A DNA stretch of 64,000 nucleotides from Haliotis cracherodii (lineage: Eukaryota), in NCBI RefSeq assembly GCF_022045235.1, contig NW_027266268.1, forward strand, positions 19,530,001-19,594,000, given 5' to 3'. The notes below the pieces were generated by a model that saw nothing but the letters and a program-made list of their open reading frames with translations, made no database searches and was not told the DNA's origin. Position numbers and translations under genes: made by a program. This document shows, piece by piece, positions 40,329 to 53,112 of this stretch. Position 1 is the first letter of the stretch. Every line of letters starts with the position of its first letter.

Positions 40329-40605
40329 TTTGATGACTTTGACACCAGTGCCGTGGTCAGCCGGGGGGCAGGGGGCACTTGCCCCCCTAGATTTTTTTTA
40401 CAGAAAACAGTTTTATTTGAATCAAGTTGGGGACAAGTGATACTTGTACAAATATTTGCCCCCGCTGTCAAAAAAAGTTAACTTCGGCCTTCGACACAGA
40501 TAAGGGTAAGCGCAGAGTGAATGCATGTCTTCTAAACACTTCTTATCATCCCATTTAAGGTTTAAACAGACAATGACGGAATTTGTTACAGAATCACAAT
40601 CATCC

Positions 40606-40890
40606 GGGGGCACGGGTGGCCCAGTCGTCTTAGGCGCCGCGATTCGCTGTGCAGAGTTGCGTCCCTTGGGCACGCCAGAAACCTATGATTGTAGGTTCGA
40701 ATCCCGGTTCGCCCCGATGATGTTTCTAGGGTTGTCAGCACCATACCCGTGCTCGTGGGTTTCACCGAAGTGGTAAACGTCTTAGACCTGCATCACTTCT
40801 GGCTTTCCTCCCATATTAAGCTGACACGCCGTGATATAACTGGAATACTGTTTAAAGCGGCGTTAAACCATAATTCACTCACTCACTCAC
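40606..40890 (+). mobile_element. SINE family A
   Basis: Full length; TSD tcacaatcatcc. Confidence 0.92.
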
Positions 40891-41561
40891 AATCATCCAG
40901 TACCGCTAAACAACTCGACAGGAATCCACATGGAACACAACTTTTAGGAACAGTGCGTGCACCAGAAGCAATCTGACGTGGAGAGTGACGCGATGCACGT
41001 GCATTTCAAGCACTGCGTGTATTCGTCAATGGGCCACGTGGACCCCACCGTGCTGCCCACGAGCAAAACTACCACCCCTGCTGTTATCGACTGTGCCGTG
41101 GTTTATTCATAAGTTATCGTAGGGAGATGCACGTTTGCAATATCTTCGTGTGAGTGAGTTTGGTTTTGCGCCGCTTAAAACAATATTCCAGCCACATCAA
41201 GGCGGGGAACACCAGAAACGTGTTTCACTCAGTGTACGAATTCAGTTAAATAGGAAGTCATTTTAAAATCACCTGGCATCGCACACAAATGAATGATTCT
41301 GCCAACCCCTTTTGGCACGTGGATATATTTAGAGTATTCAGTAGCTAGCAGTGTAGTGAGTGGAACGCAAATAAAATCGTATTTGATTTGAAGATACATA
41401 ATTTTTTTCAAAGGCCTGAAGCAAAATTAAAAAATTCAAACATTTTCAGGTACAATATATTTCTTTCGATAAAAACCAAGCCCACTACCCCCAGAATATC
41501 AAATGGTCGATCCCTCCCGTTTCAGAGGCTCCAGGTATAGATTAGCTCATTTGGTGCGAGA

Positions 41562-41826
41562 ACCCGTGAAGATCCGGGGCATATTAGGTCTTCAGCAACC
41601 TATGCTTGTCGTAAAAAGCGACTTTGCTAGTCGTAAGGGGCGACTAACGGGATCGGGTGGTCAGGCTCGCTGACTTGGTTGATGCATGTCATCGATCCCA
41701 ATTGCGTGGATCGAGGTTGATGATGTCAATCACTGGATCGTCTGGTCCAGACTCGATTATTAACAGACCGCCGTCATATAGCCGGAACATTGCTGAGTGC
41801 GGCGTTAAACAACAGACAAACAAACA
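41562..41826 (+). mobile_element. SINE family C
   Basis: Full-length match to family C. Confidence 0.88.
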
Positions 41827-42865
41827 TTTGCTGTCCGTTAGCTTGGCTTGCTGAGCCGTAGTATTATAACAACTTACATGCAAGGCATTGAATACGGCTT
41901 AATGTCCAGTTGAAAATTAGTTGAATATATTATATTTAAGAATATATCTCGCTTATGGTTAACGGTTGGGGACGGCTAGTAGCGTGTACGTGCATGTTCC
42001 ATTCTCCTGGAAACTTCTTACGCCCACGAGTTTAAAACTTTATTCTCTGCTGTGTTTGCCAGCAGTCAACAGCGTTAATTAACCCCAAAATACACTCATA
42101 CTTTTTTGATAATGTAAACACTTATTTCAAAATACAAGCGTTTTATATGGAATGCTGTAAAGGACATTCTCGAGTTTTGGAAGTCAGTTCAAAATGAAAA
42201 AAGTATGAGTATGTTTTAGGGGTACACAATGCTGTTGCGTATTGCCCGATACCACAGCAGTGCCCAGTCGTCCAAGGTGCCACAATTTGCTGTGACGTAG
42301 TCGAGCGCCTTAGTCGTACCAGAAACTTAAATCGTGCGTTTGAATTCCGTTTTTTTTTTTGTTGTTTAACGCCGCACTCAGCCATATTCCAGTTATATGA
42401 CGGCGGGGGGCTGGGCGCAACAGGTTCACTGAAGCGCCAGGAAATTCACTCAGAACAGGGATATTCTTGTGATTATTTTGCTTATTTTACAATATTCAAT
42501 TATAAAATATCTCTATAATAAAAACATTTTGATACAGTCAAATCGTGTTAGGAGAATAATACAGAAGAATATTACAGAAGTTATGAGAATAATAACTTAT
42601 GGTAATGACATAACATATACCAGGTGTGAAGAGTAAGCCAAGGGTATCGTAAAAAGTAACTGAAGCGTCTCACCAATCATTCTGTTACAGAAAAAAGTCT
42701 CAACAATAGTTCATTGCCATACCTACTGTTTAAAAACAAGATATCTTTTAGAAATCTTGCTTAATTACGTTCCATGGGGTCTGATTATCAGTATACATTG
42801 AGGGTTTTACTTGTATTACATTATTCAAAGTAATGTATTGTGCACATATATCTTCCGTAAAGAAT

Positions 42866-43008
42866 GGGGGCGGTGGGGTAGCCTAGTGGTTAAAGCGTTC
42901 GCTCGTCACGCCGAAAACCCGGGTTCGATTTCCGACATGGGTACAATGTGTGAAGCCCATTTCTGGTGTCCCCCGCCGTGATATTGCTGGAATTGTCACT
43001 CACTCACC
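42866..43008 (+). mobile_element. SINE family B
   Basis: TSD aaagaatg. Confidence 0.88.
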
Positions 43009-44651
43009 AAAAAGAATGACAGTAAGGAGAAAATAGAATATGGGGATGTTAATCTCCAAGGTCATTTATATTACATTCTGTACAACGGCGGACAAATCCG
43101 AGAGGGTATGTGTACCAGTTATAATGTGTAACATCCCGACCTGCAGACATACGCCTTAAACGAGGTAAGCCCTCGATCCAGAAACATGATCCCTATCAGA
43201 TCACATCGTCAGCAATCTCAACCTCTCCATCTCCTGGCAACACACTAATTTCCTCTGTACAAACATTCACAACTGGAGGAAGCGCAAGCGGCAAGAAGGA
43301 TCAAGAAGCGATCCACACCAGACGAGCCAAGTCATCTATCAATCGTGATCAGTGTTTTCCTCCCGCGTGCATGGGGCATTTCATTTTGATACAGCTCATT
43401 TAACACATAGCCGCTCTCCTATTACGACTGCCATTTCCATCAATTCTTCTTAATTGTATAACAACCTTTATGTATCTGTATATTACTCAAATTTCTATGT
43501 CTGTGTGTGCATGGACTATGGAGAGGATATTACATGAGTGTTTATGTCATACTATGTTTACGACACGAGTGTCTAAATTCCGGTATTTCCCAAGCGTAAA
43601 TATAGTATGACATGAACACAATGTCCACATACAGAGACGAATGTTAGTGTTTACCTAAAAGGACAGTCGCAACTTGTCGAATGACGTCAGCAATCTTAGA
43701 GCTATGACGTCACAATGAGATTCGAATGACGTCAACAATGCCGTCCGGATGACAGAAACAGTGTTCTGTTGTCTCGTGGCATGATATAAACCAAGGGCAG
43801 ATATGATTATTTTATAATATAATGGGTAGGTTTCTCGGCAGGAGAAAGTCAACGGATAAAAACGATATCCGCTGGGGTCATATGCGGATAGAAATGCAAA
43901 TATCAAAGGCCAAGTTGGGACTACTTTCAGTGTTTATAAACAAACATGGCGTCGCCCTTGTCATTCGGCAATCGGGTCAGGATTAACCATCGGGAATCTG
44001 GATTAACTACAGAGATAATTGCTATCATTATCAAAAGAACAGTCTAATATACTTAAAATCAGTGTTTAACTGTGACGTCGCTAAGGCATTTTATAAGTTT
44101 TGGCAACTTTGGAGATATAAATTTCGAAACAATTTTGCGAGGGCACGAGGCCTAGCCAAGCGGGATCAGTAGCTATATCTGTGCTTGTAGCACTCTGCGG
44201 CTTGAAACCTTTTCCACAAATTAAAATAGTTGGATTTGGCCGAAATATGTTTTAATTGTTACCTTGTTTCGTTTTATCGCTGTGTGTACATCTGATTGCA
44301 CTTCTTAACGTTTTGACAGGACAGGCCGACTGTCAACAACGTCTGAACGTGGCCATGACGTCTCATAGACTAGGGTTAGAGTAGCTTCCCTTTGACAAAG
44401 GGCAGTTACTCTAGCGGAGAGACCGATGGACTGCCGCGAAATGCAAGTAAAAACAATTGTTGTTTTGCGTATGTGTTGCTTCGCCACTGTATAAGAAACA
44501 GATTTCAGTTTGAACTATACACATCACTTACACTCTGACGTAATAAATATTAATGCGCGCATTCCAGGAAAACTCGCAACGTTTAGGTAATGTTTTTGAG
44601 AGAGGGAAAGCGATTTCAAGCACAGAATTAAAGAATGACATTATATGATAA

Positions 44652-44768
44652 AGAGGTTATCACGCTTATGTGTTTGGGGATGGTAAATATCCTGTATTAG
44701 GAATAAACACTTTGTATTCCTAATACAGGATATTTACTATCCCCAAACACATAAGCGTGATAACCTCT
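44652..44768. repeat. Near-perfect inverted repeat, 54-bp arms, 9-nt loop
   Basis: 44652-44705 pairs with 44715-44768 with one G-T. Confidence 0.92.
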
Positions 44769-45142
44769 ATCTATGTACGCCGATATGTTTGCCCTCGTTG
44801 GTAATAAATGATATTTTTATTAACCCCGATACGTTTGCCCTCGTAGGTATAAAATGTAGGTAAACAATTGTTCCCGTATTTTTTACATATCGGGGTTCAT
44901 AAAAATCATATGTGCCTAGGGTCATATCACGTCACGAGAGTGTATTATTTCCGTCATCCGGAGGACATTCATTCGAATCTTATTGTGACGTGAGGTCGAG
45001 AAATTGTGGTTCCGCTTCTGTTGCGACTTGCTGTCCTCATAGGTAAACACTAACATTCTCTCTGTATGTAGCCATCTTCTTCGGTAATAAATAGAGCATT
45101 GTATTCTCTTTGTATGCCGTGTCCTCCCACCGTGTCATTTAC

Positions 45143-45177
45143 CTGAAGAAGAGGCAAAAAGTAGTCCCGAAACGTTG
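45143..45177 (+). other. Penelope-like element remnant with degenerate hammerhead-like core
   Basis: CTGAAGA-a-gaggc...gtccc-GAAACGTTG. Confidence 0.45.
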
Positions 45178-45298
45178 TGTACGTATAGGACAAGAAGATC
45201 ATAATCTGGAAATCCACTAATCTACTTCCATTATGACTTGCTACTCTGATTACAATGACAAATTAGATATGTAAATTGGCTTGTGACAGTGCTGAAAC

Positions 45299-45308
45299 GC
45301 TGAGTCAT
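45299..45308 (-). promoter_or_regulatory. Candidate antioxidant response element ATGACTCAGC
   Basis: Matches the CNC/small-Maf consensus RTGACnnnGC with embedded AP-1 site; about 1 kb upstream of the MGST1-C ATG. Confidence 0.45.
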
Positions 45309-45490
45309 CACTGCACCGTAGTTCGGATACCACCAGCCGAACCATGACCAGTGTGTAAAACACGCTGTACGAACTCAGTTGGACCAACAACTACTGTAAA
45401 TACATGAATAAACGCAGTGAGATTGGCTTATTTCGGAAGCTCTTAGACCCGGCATTAAACCGAAGCATTCGTGTATATTATATTAGGTAG

Positions 45491-45570
45491 CATCTTCCCG
45501 ATGCAAGCGAGTTAACTGACTATCAAAGTCCAGTTTAAAAGTCAGTTAACTCTCTTGCCTCGGGAAGATG
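45491..45570. mobile_element. 80-bp collapsed derivative of MITE M2
   Basis: TIR-only element; flanks (a/g)ttaggtag duplicated. Confidence 0.85.
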
Positions 45571-46325
45571 GTTAGGTAGGCGTAGCACTATTCATTTGTA
45601 TTAAGTTTTAAATCCCTCTTCTTATTTTCATCTAATATTTTACCAGGGGTACATGTATATTTAAAGCAGGCATATAAAGAGGCGACTAACGGGATCGGTT
45701 GGTCAGGCTCTCTGACTTGATCGAAACATGCCAACTGCGTTGATCGATGCTCATGATATCAATCACTAGATTGTCTGATCCTGACTCGATTATTTACAGA
45801 CCGCCATCATATGGCTGGAATATTGCTGAGTACGACGTTAAGCAACAAACAAAACATATGATGTGATATAATGTATGATAATGATAGGAATACAATGCAA
45901 ATGAAAGAAGAGATAAATAACTTCCTAATATAACCTAATAATTTGACAAATTAACAAAGGGACAGAAGTTGGTCAGCTTTTTAATGTGCCGCCGTCATAT
46001 GGCTTGAATATTGCTGAGTGCGACGTTAAGCTTATTACTTTCGGGAATCGCTTATTGCAGGATGCGCGGTATGTAACTCGGGACTTGGGCAGTTCTTTAT
46101 GTCACTGTCAAGGTTTCAACTTTAAAGATTTATATGTATCCTGCTATTCACAATACCAAGCCAGGCGTGTCCAAACCCTCACAGTCCGCCAACAGTTTGC
46201 GAACCCCTAACAGATCACACTACCTATACCGTGCGCAGCGTTCGTTCTCAGCACCCATACCTTCCGCGTGCCCCAAATCTGCATAGGAGAACATTTCAGT
46301 GTATTTCTGCATGAGCGCATTCAAC

Positions 46326-46451
46326 ATGGCTGACCAACTGAGTTACATCGATAACCCCGTGTTCTCCCAGTTTGCCTTCTATGGCTCCATTTTAATCGGG
46401 AAAACAGTCCTCATGAGTCCACTGACGGGGCTGTTCAGAATGAAGAATGAG
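46326..46451 (+). CDS. MGST1: MGST1 copy C, coding exon 1
   Basis: caacATGG...GAG|gtatgt; 126 nt; MADQLSYIDNPVFSQFAFYGSILIGKTVLMSPLTGLFRMKNE (missed by the ORF track). Confidence 0.92.
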
Positions 46452-46960
46452 GTATGTGTTCAGAAACTTGTATGAAACTTCTTTGTCCAACTATCCACCT
46501 GCCACAGTGATATACCGTCTCCACCCAAGGGCAGACAACTATGATTTCTTTAGCCTTTTACATGCGCTTGATACAACTCCGCAATCAATGTCAGTTATTC
46601 GTGACCAGCTTGTGTAATTCCCGAAAAGCCGAATGATGACTTGCTGGTGACGGAGAGGTGCGAGTGATGACGAATCGACAAATAAGAGACAGATAAATCC
46701 AGCTTTTATAAATCAAGTCTATTTTGATCGTTCAACGGAGGACTTGTAATTTATTCAGATTTTTATACATATACATTTTTCGAGAAAAATACGGCAACTA
46801 AGGTATGTTTTCAGCATTAAGCGCATCAGCTTTTTAAACATAATTATTATTGTCTCCAGTGATGCGCAACCTATAACCACTGGAAAGAACACTTAAAACA
46901 TGGCTCACACATGCTGCTTAATGAAGTTGCTCTAAGTAGGGGTGTAACAAAAGTACATTC

Positions 46961-47752
46961 GTTTGTTTGTTTGTTTTGTTTCTTTGTCGTTTAACGCCGC
47001 ACTCAGCAATATTCCATATTGACAGCGGTCTGTAAATAATCGAGTCTGGACCTGACAATCCAGTGATTAACATCATGAGCATTGATCCACGCAATTGGGA
47101 TACGATGACATGCATCAACCAAGTCAACCAGCCTGACCACCCGATCCGTTAGTTGCCTCTTACGGCAAGCATAGTCGCCTATTACGACAAGCATAGTCGC
47201 CTTTTACGGCAAGCATAGACGCCTATCACGACAAGCACAGTCGCCTTTTAGGGCAAGCATAGTCGCCTATTACGACAAGTATTGTCGCCTCTTACGACAA
47301 GCATAGTCGCCTATTCCGGCAAGCATAGTCGCCTTTTACGGCAAGCATAGTCGCCTATTACGACAAGCATAGTCGCCTCTTACGACAAGCATAGTCGCCT
47401 TTTACGGCAAGCATAGTCGCCTTTTACGGCAAGCATAGTCGCCTATTACGACAAGCATAGTCGCCTCTTACGACAAGCATAGTCGCCTATCACGACAAGG
47501 ATAGTCGCCTTTTAGGGCAAGCATAGTCGCCTTTTACGACAAGCAAAGTCGCCTTTTACAGCAAGCATAGACGCCTATCACAACAAGCATAGTCGCCTTT
47601 TAGGGCAAGCATAGTCGCCTATTACGACAAGCATAGTCGCCTTTTACGGCAAGCATAGTCGCCTTTTACGACAAGCATAGTCGCCTTTTACGGCAAGTAT
47701 GGGTTGCTGGATACCTATTCCAGTATTTCACCCCCCGGATCTTCACGGGTCC
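46961..47752 (-). mobile_element. SINE family C with internal 25 x 22-bp expansion
   Basis: Normal head and tail; 47151-47700 = (agtcgccttttacggcaagcat)25 with variants. Confidence 0.93.
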
Positions 47753-47966
47753 ATGAATTAGAGAGTGTGTTGACAATTGTGATAGAATAGCAGCGTGTAT
47801 GATTTCCAGGAGCTAGATAACCGTCATGGGATCGCAGAGGAAATGAAAGATATGATCATGGAATGATTTAGGTTACGGAACATGTTTGTCAATGTTTGGA
47901 AATTGTAAACATATTTGGAGACGAACCATGCCTATTAAATGACGTGGTAAGTGAGGACGCTCATCT

Positions 47967-48280
47967 CAAGGTCCGGGGTTCGATCCCCGGCCGCGTCATA
48001 CCAAAAGACGTTAAAAGATGGTACTTGTTGTTACCCTGTCTGGCGCTCGGCATTAAGGGGTCTAAAACAAGGACTGGTCGGCTCGGAGTCAGTATACTGT
48101 GTCTGAGTGGGGTATTCATGTTAAACTGCGGCATGGTATCTCAGTGTGCTAGCACTATAAATCGGCATCAGTCCGGACTAGTACAAGCAGCCACACAAAC
48201 ACACACACGTACATTCACGTCGCTATATAAGTGCAATAATCTTGGCCGCGACGTTAAACCCCATTTCACCTCACCTCACC
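47967..48280 (+). mobile_element. SINE family D, 5'-truncated
   Basis: Match to 8767-9128 from the B box onward. Confidence 0.88.
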
Positions 48281-48482
48281 CGCTCACCTCATCGTCAAGT
48301 GGTTGTGGTAGCATAGCCTGTATCTGTGATCTGACTGCCAATTTATGAGAGAAAAATACTTATTTCAAATGCCCAAATAGGTGGAATGGTTCTTGGGATG
48401 CATAGTCTTTCCACTGTTTTCATGGGGCGGTGGGGTAGCCTAGTGGTTAAAGTATTCGCTAGTCATACTGAAGAGTGTTTTA

Positions 48483-48703
48483 GTGAGTTTGGTTTAACGC
48501 CGCCTTCAACAGTATTCCAGTTATGTCACGGCGTCTCAGCTTAATGTGGGAGGAAAGTCCGAAGTGATGCAGGTCTTAGACGTTTACCACTTCGGTGAAA
48601 CCAACGAGCACGGTAAAGTTGCTGACAAACCTAGAAACATAATCGGGGCGAACCGGGATTCGAACCCACAATCATAGTCTTCTGGCGTGTCCAAGGGACG
48701 CAA
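48483..48703 (-). mobile_element. SINE family A adjoining a SINE-B head (48424-48474)
   Basis: Match to family A. Confidence 0.82.
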
Positions 48704-49189
48704 TACACCAAGTAGCTCTTTTGGTTTAGTAAAATATCTACATTTTGGCCCGTATGTTTCATTCTAGGTGAAAAAAATAATTGATGATACAAACTCCAAG
48801 GTATATTGTTAAAAAATGCCTCGGTAGGTCCACTCCGTTAAATATAACTGGAAAAAAAGATACTCCAGGCTACTTGTGTAATTTGTTCTTTACTGGAACA
48901 AGTTGCCGTAGGCAGAAGTTATTTTTAGTTATATGTAAATGAGTGGCGGCCCGAGGGGACGTAACTCTGACAAGCGTCCCAAGGTTCGTCATAATTGATA
49001 CCTTGACATTGTTATGCGTTATCGTTTGCGTGTTTGTGGCACAGTTGGGCTGTTCCTCATCACTTACAATATTAGGTATGTTTATTATTTCAGTAAAACA
49101 TTTATTTACAGACGTGAAAATAATATAAATATGTTATTATATAAGTAATAAACCGTGTAAAATCATGACTGATGTGGCGATATTTCCAG

Positions 49190-49275
49190 ACCTTCTCCAA
49201 CCCGGAGGACCTGAAGTTGGGCGCCCCTGGCATCAAAGTCAACTTCAACGACCAAACTGTGGAGAGAATTCGAAG
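49190..49275 (+). CDS. MGST1: MGST1 copy C, coding exon 2
   Basis: ttccag|ACC...CGA AG|gtatat; 86 nt; TFSNPEDLKLGAPGIKVNFNDQTVERIR(R). Confidence 0.92.
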
Positions 49276-50671
49276 GTATATTGCATAGTCAATCCTGCTT
49301 ACGCCAATAACTATCTATTTACGGACTCGGTGGCCCAGTCGTGTAAAGCGCCTGCAGAGTTGCGTCCCTTTGGAATGCCATGCCCTCTTTGGAATCTGAG
49401 ATTCGTCCTAATTACTGATTTTGTCAGCGCCATACCGTGCTCGTGAGTTTTACCAAAGTGGTAAACGTCGAAGACCTTCATCTTTCGGCTTCCTTTCACA
49501 TTAAGATGACATGTCGTGGTATTATTGAAATACTGTACATAGCGTCAAACATACCTCACTGATTCTGGTAGTGCTAAACCTAAGCGATGATATCGAGGTA
49601 CGGTAAAGGGGGCCCTCTACACTACTCTTCAAAACAATGTTTCCTCCATCATTAGTGTTCCCACCTCAATTTTGCAATGGACCCTTGAAGTACATGGTTT
49701 ACACCTCTGAGGCTGCGAACCCCCTTGGTACGCAGGATTCGTGGGTCCTTTTAGACGAATTTGGGACACAGCTGTGAGGTACTCTCTATCAAGAGGTTTT
49801 ATGAGTGTCTTTTATTACGACCTCTATATACATATATATATCATATATGGATACATACATGTTGCGTTTATAAAGTAGTTCAGTATATATATATATCTTC
49901 TATTTACGGGAAACTGAGTTGCCAAGTAGATTAGAGTGTTGCTAAGCAGTGCCAGGATCTGCTGATCGTGGGTCCCAATCCATGATTTACCTTGACCATG
50001 ACCTTTGAGTCCTTCACCATAGTCGAAAACATCCCCTATCTGCAGCCACGATCGACCCGACATGTAACTGAATACTGTTCAAAGCGGCGGTAAACGAAAG
50101 CAATCTCACTCCATGTCTAGCCAATCTCTTGGTAGTTTCATGAGATGTCTTGGGCATGCCAGAAACATTTGATTGTGGGTTCGAATCCCGGTTCGCCCAA
50201 ATTATGTTCCTAGGACCGTCAGCACGTGTGAGCTCGTGGGTTTCACCAAAGTGGTAAATGTCTCAGACCTCCATCAGTTCGGGTTGTCCTCCACACTAAG
50301 CTGACACGCCGTGATGTAACTGAAATACTGTTCAAGGCGGCGTAAAACCTAACTCACTCACCCATTCATGAGATTTATTTCCTTCTTGTTTGTTTGTTTG
50401 TTTATTTATGCCGCACTCAGCAATATTACAGCTATATGACGGCAGCCTGTAAATAGTCGAATCTGGACCAGACATTCCAGTGATTGATGCTATTACCAAC
50501 TATCCACGCCGTGTGGGTACGATGACAACCAAAGGCGAGCCTGGCCACCCGGCCCATCAAGTCACGACTCTTACGACCAGCATAGGTTGCTGTGGACGAT
50601 TCTAACCCTGAATCTCAACTGGGTTCTATTCTTCTATGGGACGAACCGTACACGTGTCATCTTTTTTTCAG

Positions 50672-50915
50672 ATGCCATCAGAATGACCTTGAGAACATCT
50701 TGCCCTTCGCTGTGATTGGCGTGCTGTACGTCCTATCGGATCCCCTACCAAACGTCGCCAGACGCCTCTTCCAGACGTTCACAGCGGCACGCCTCATCCA
50801 CACCGTCGCCTACCTCGCCCCACTGCCGCAGCCAATCAGATTCCTGGCCTTCGGCGTTGGGGCAGTCGTCAACATGATCATGGTCGGCCGTGTCATCATC
50901 TGTGGAACCCTCTAA
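50672..50915 (+). CDS. MGST1: MGST1 copy C, coding exon 3
   Basis: tttcag|A TGC CAT...TAA; CHQNDLENILPFAVIGVLYVLSDPLPNVARRLFQTFTAARLIHTVAYLAPLPQPIRFLAFGVGAVVNMIMVGRVIICGTL*; spliced product 151 aa. Confidence 0.94.
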
Positions 50916-52281
50916 TGCGACGTTGTCGACAACTTTTAACACGACCTCTACTTGGACATGTATATCTCTATGTATAATAGAAAGAGGGCGATCATTTGAT
51001 GTTCTCACGGGGCCTGGGATGTTTTTGAATTTGAATACTTGTTCCAAAACATGCTGGGGAAAAAATGTCCTCAGATTTTTCCAAAATTTTATAAATCATT
51101 TTATGATGTGTCACTTGACATATTGGCTGCTCTGATGTGGGTCCAAATTGGTAGGTTTCCAAGTGCTGGCGGAGAAAACTATTTTGTCTATTTTGTCAAA
51201 ATCACATGGTTTGCCCTTTAACCCGTGTTGACAGCGATTAACCAGACACGCCTAACTCATGTACGTCTCTACACTGCCGAGCATTCTAATGGCCATATAT
51301 AGACCAATAGCCGTCTTTTTAACCGTAGTTACAGTAAACATCCTTATCTCGTATACGTGCTACATATAGCTCAAGATACACGTGATAATCGTATTTATCT
51401 TTATTATGCCTGAAGTGAGATAGACCAATCACAGAGCAGAACTACTAACCTCACATGAGCCCGTATACCGTCAGTAAACATCCAGGATGATCAGGTAGCC
51501 TGGTGGTTAAAGCGTTTGCTCGTCACGCTGAAGACCCGGGTTCGATTCCCGACATGGGTACAATGAGTGAAGCCCATTTCGGGTGTTCCCCGCCGTCATA
51601 TTGCTGGAATATTGCTAAAAGCGGCGTAACACACAGGGACGGTTCACCACCCATTGTATTTGCGACTAAAAAAGTAGTTTCGTGTTAGCAAAACAAAAGT
51701 ATAAAAACATATTTCGGGTCACGAACATTCTTTCTCATACATTTCGATATGATTATATACAAAATCAACTTTAACCAAAAATATTATTGAAAACTAGGAG
51801 ATCGCCGTTGGAAGCGAAAGAATACACTCTGGTCAAGTAACAAACATGGCCCTTTGCGAAACCAACAGTCTCGATTGACGAATTCAGTGAGTAATTAACA
51901 GTTTATAACTAAGCGTTTTCCAGAGAATAACAAACGGCAAAAGGTGATATTAACTCCATAAATGACCATCTGTCACTATTTTGCCTTGTCGATGTGGACC
52001 TAACGTATTAAGGACGTCAACACTTACGATAAAGGGAGACAATTTAAGGGGAGTTAATTCTTGTATGAAAATAGTTCCGTCAAAGTGTTCTGGTCACTGC
52101 AGTGAAATATCAAGTTTTATGTTCACTGCAATGAAAATATCTCTTTTCTGAACTTCGGAAAACTCAGTCTTTCACACTGAAGTATATGATAAATGACTTC
52201 ATTTATAAAAAAAAATATAGAGAAAAAAAGCTTGCAAGCTTACAAATAGCAACGTCATAGAACACACACTCCGGCACAGTG

Positions 52282-52292
52282 GTGACTCAGCA
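52282..52292 (+). promoter_or_regulatory. Candidate antioxidant response element GTGACTCAGCA
   Basis: Exact RTGACTCAGCA between the 3' ends of MGST1-C and MGST1-D. Confidence 0.4.
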
Positions 52293-52673
52293 TAACACTA
52301 TGGGCGAGGCTATTATGTGGCTATAACATGTACGTTTTCTGGGGTACGAGTTTCAAGCATTTCTTTACAGAGAACAAAACAACAATCCTCCAAGAATTAT
52401 GTTATTGGTTGTCCGGCATTACTGTCTAGTGTTTAGTCCAATCAAAGATTTGTGTTTTTTATTAGTATCGATGTCCGATCATTGCCATCCTTGATATTTC
52501 AGTGCGGTATATCTACATTCTGTTAATATAAATACCCGAAAGCCTTTCGTCACTCTAGCTTTATCTGAATCAGATTCGAATCACCTGACACAACAAAAAG
52601 CCAGGAGAACTGTAGATATGCGACTTCACTTTCCAAGTTAAGTTGCGAATTGGTCCGGTTTATTTAATAAGAG

Positions 52674-52953
52674 TGAGTGAGTGAGTTGGGTTTAACGCCG
52701 CTTTTAACAGTATTCCATTTATATCACGGCGGGTCAGCTTAATGTGGGAGGAAAGACCGAAGTGATGCAGGTCTATGACGTTTACCACTTCGGTGAAACC
52801 CACGAGCACGGGTATGGTGCTGACAAACCTAGAAACATAATTGGGGCGAACCTGGATTCGAACCCACAATCATAGGTTTCTGGCGTGCCCAAGGGACGCA
52901 ACTCTGCACAGCGAATCGCGGCGCCTTAGACGACTGGGCCACCCGTGCCCCCC
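52674..52953 (-). mobile_element. SINE family A
   Basis: Full length; 24-bp flanking duplication ttggtccggtttatttaataagag. Confidence 0.92.
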
Positions 52954-53112
52954 ACAGTAACTATTTGGTCCGGTTTATTTAATAAGAGAATGTATAGGCA
53001 TACAGTGCTGGATAATCACCCAGGGTGGGTTATTTCATCTGTATCAATCTATAACGAAACTTAATAAACGTTGCCTGTCATGTATTGTGTGTGCGTCATT
53101 GTGTGTGTGTAT

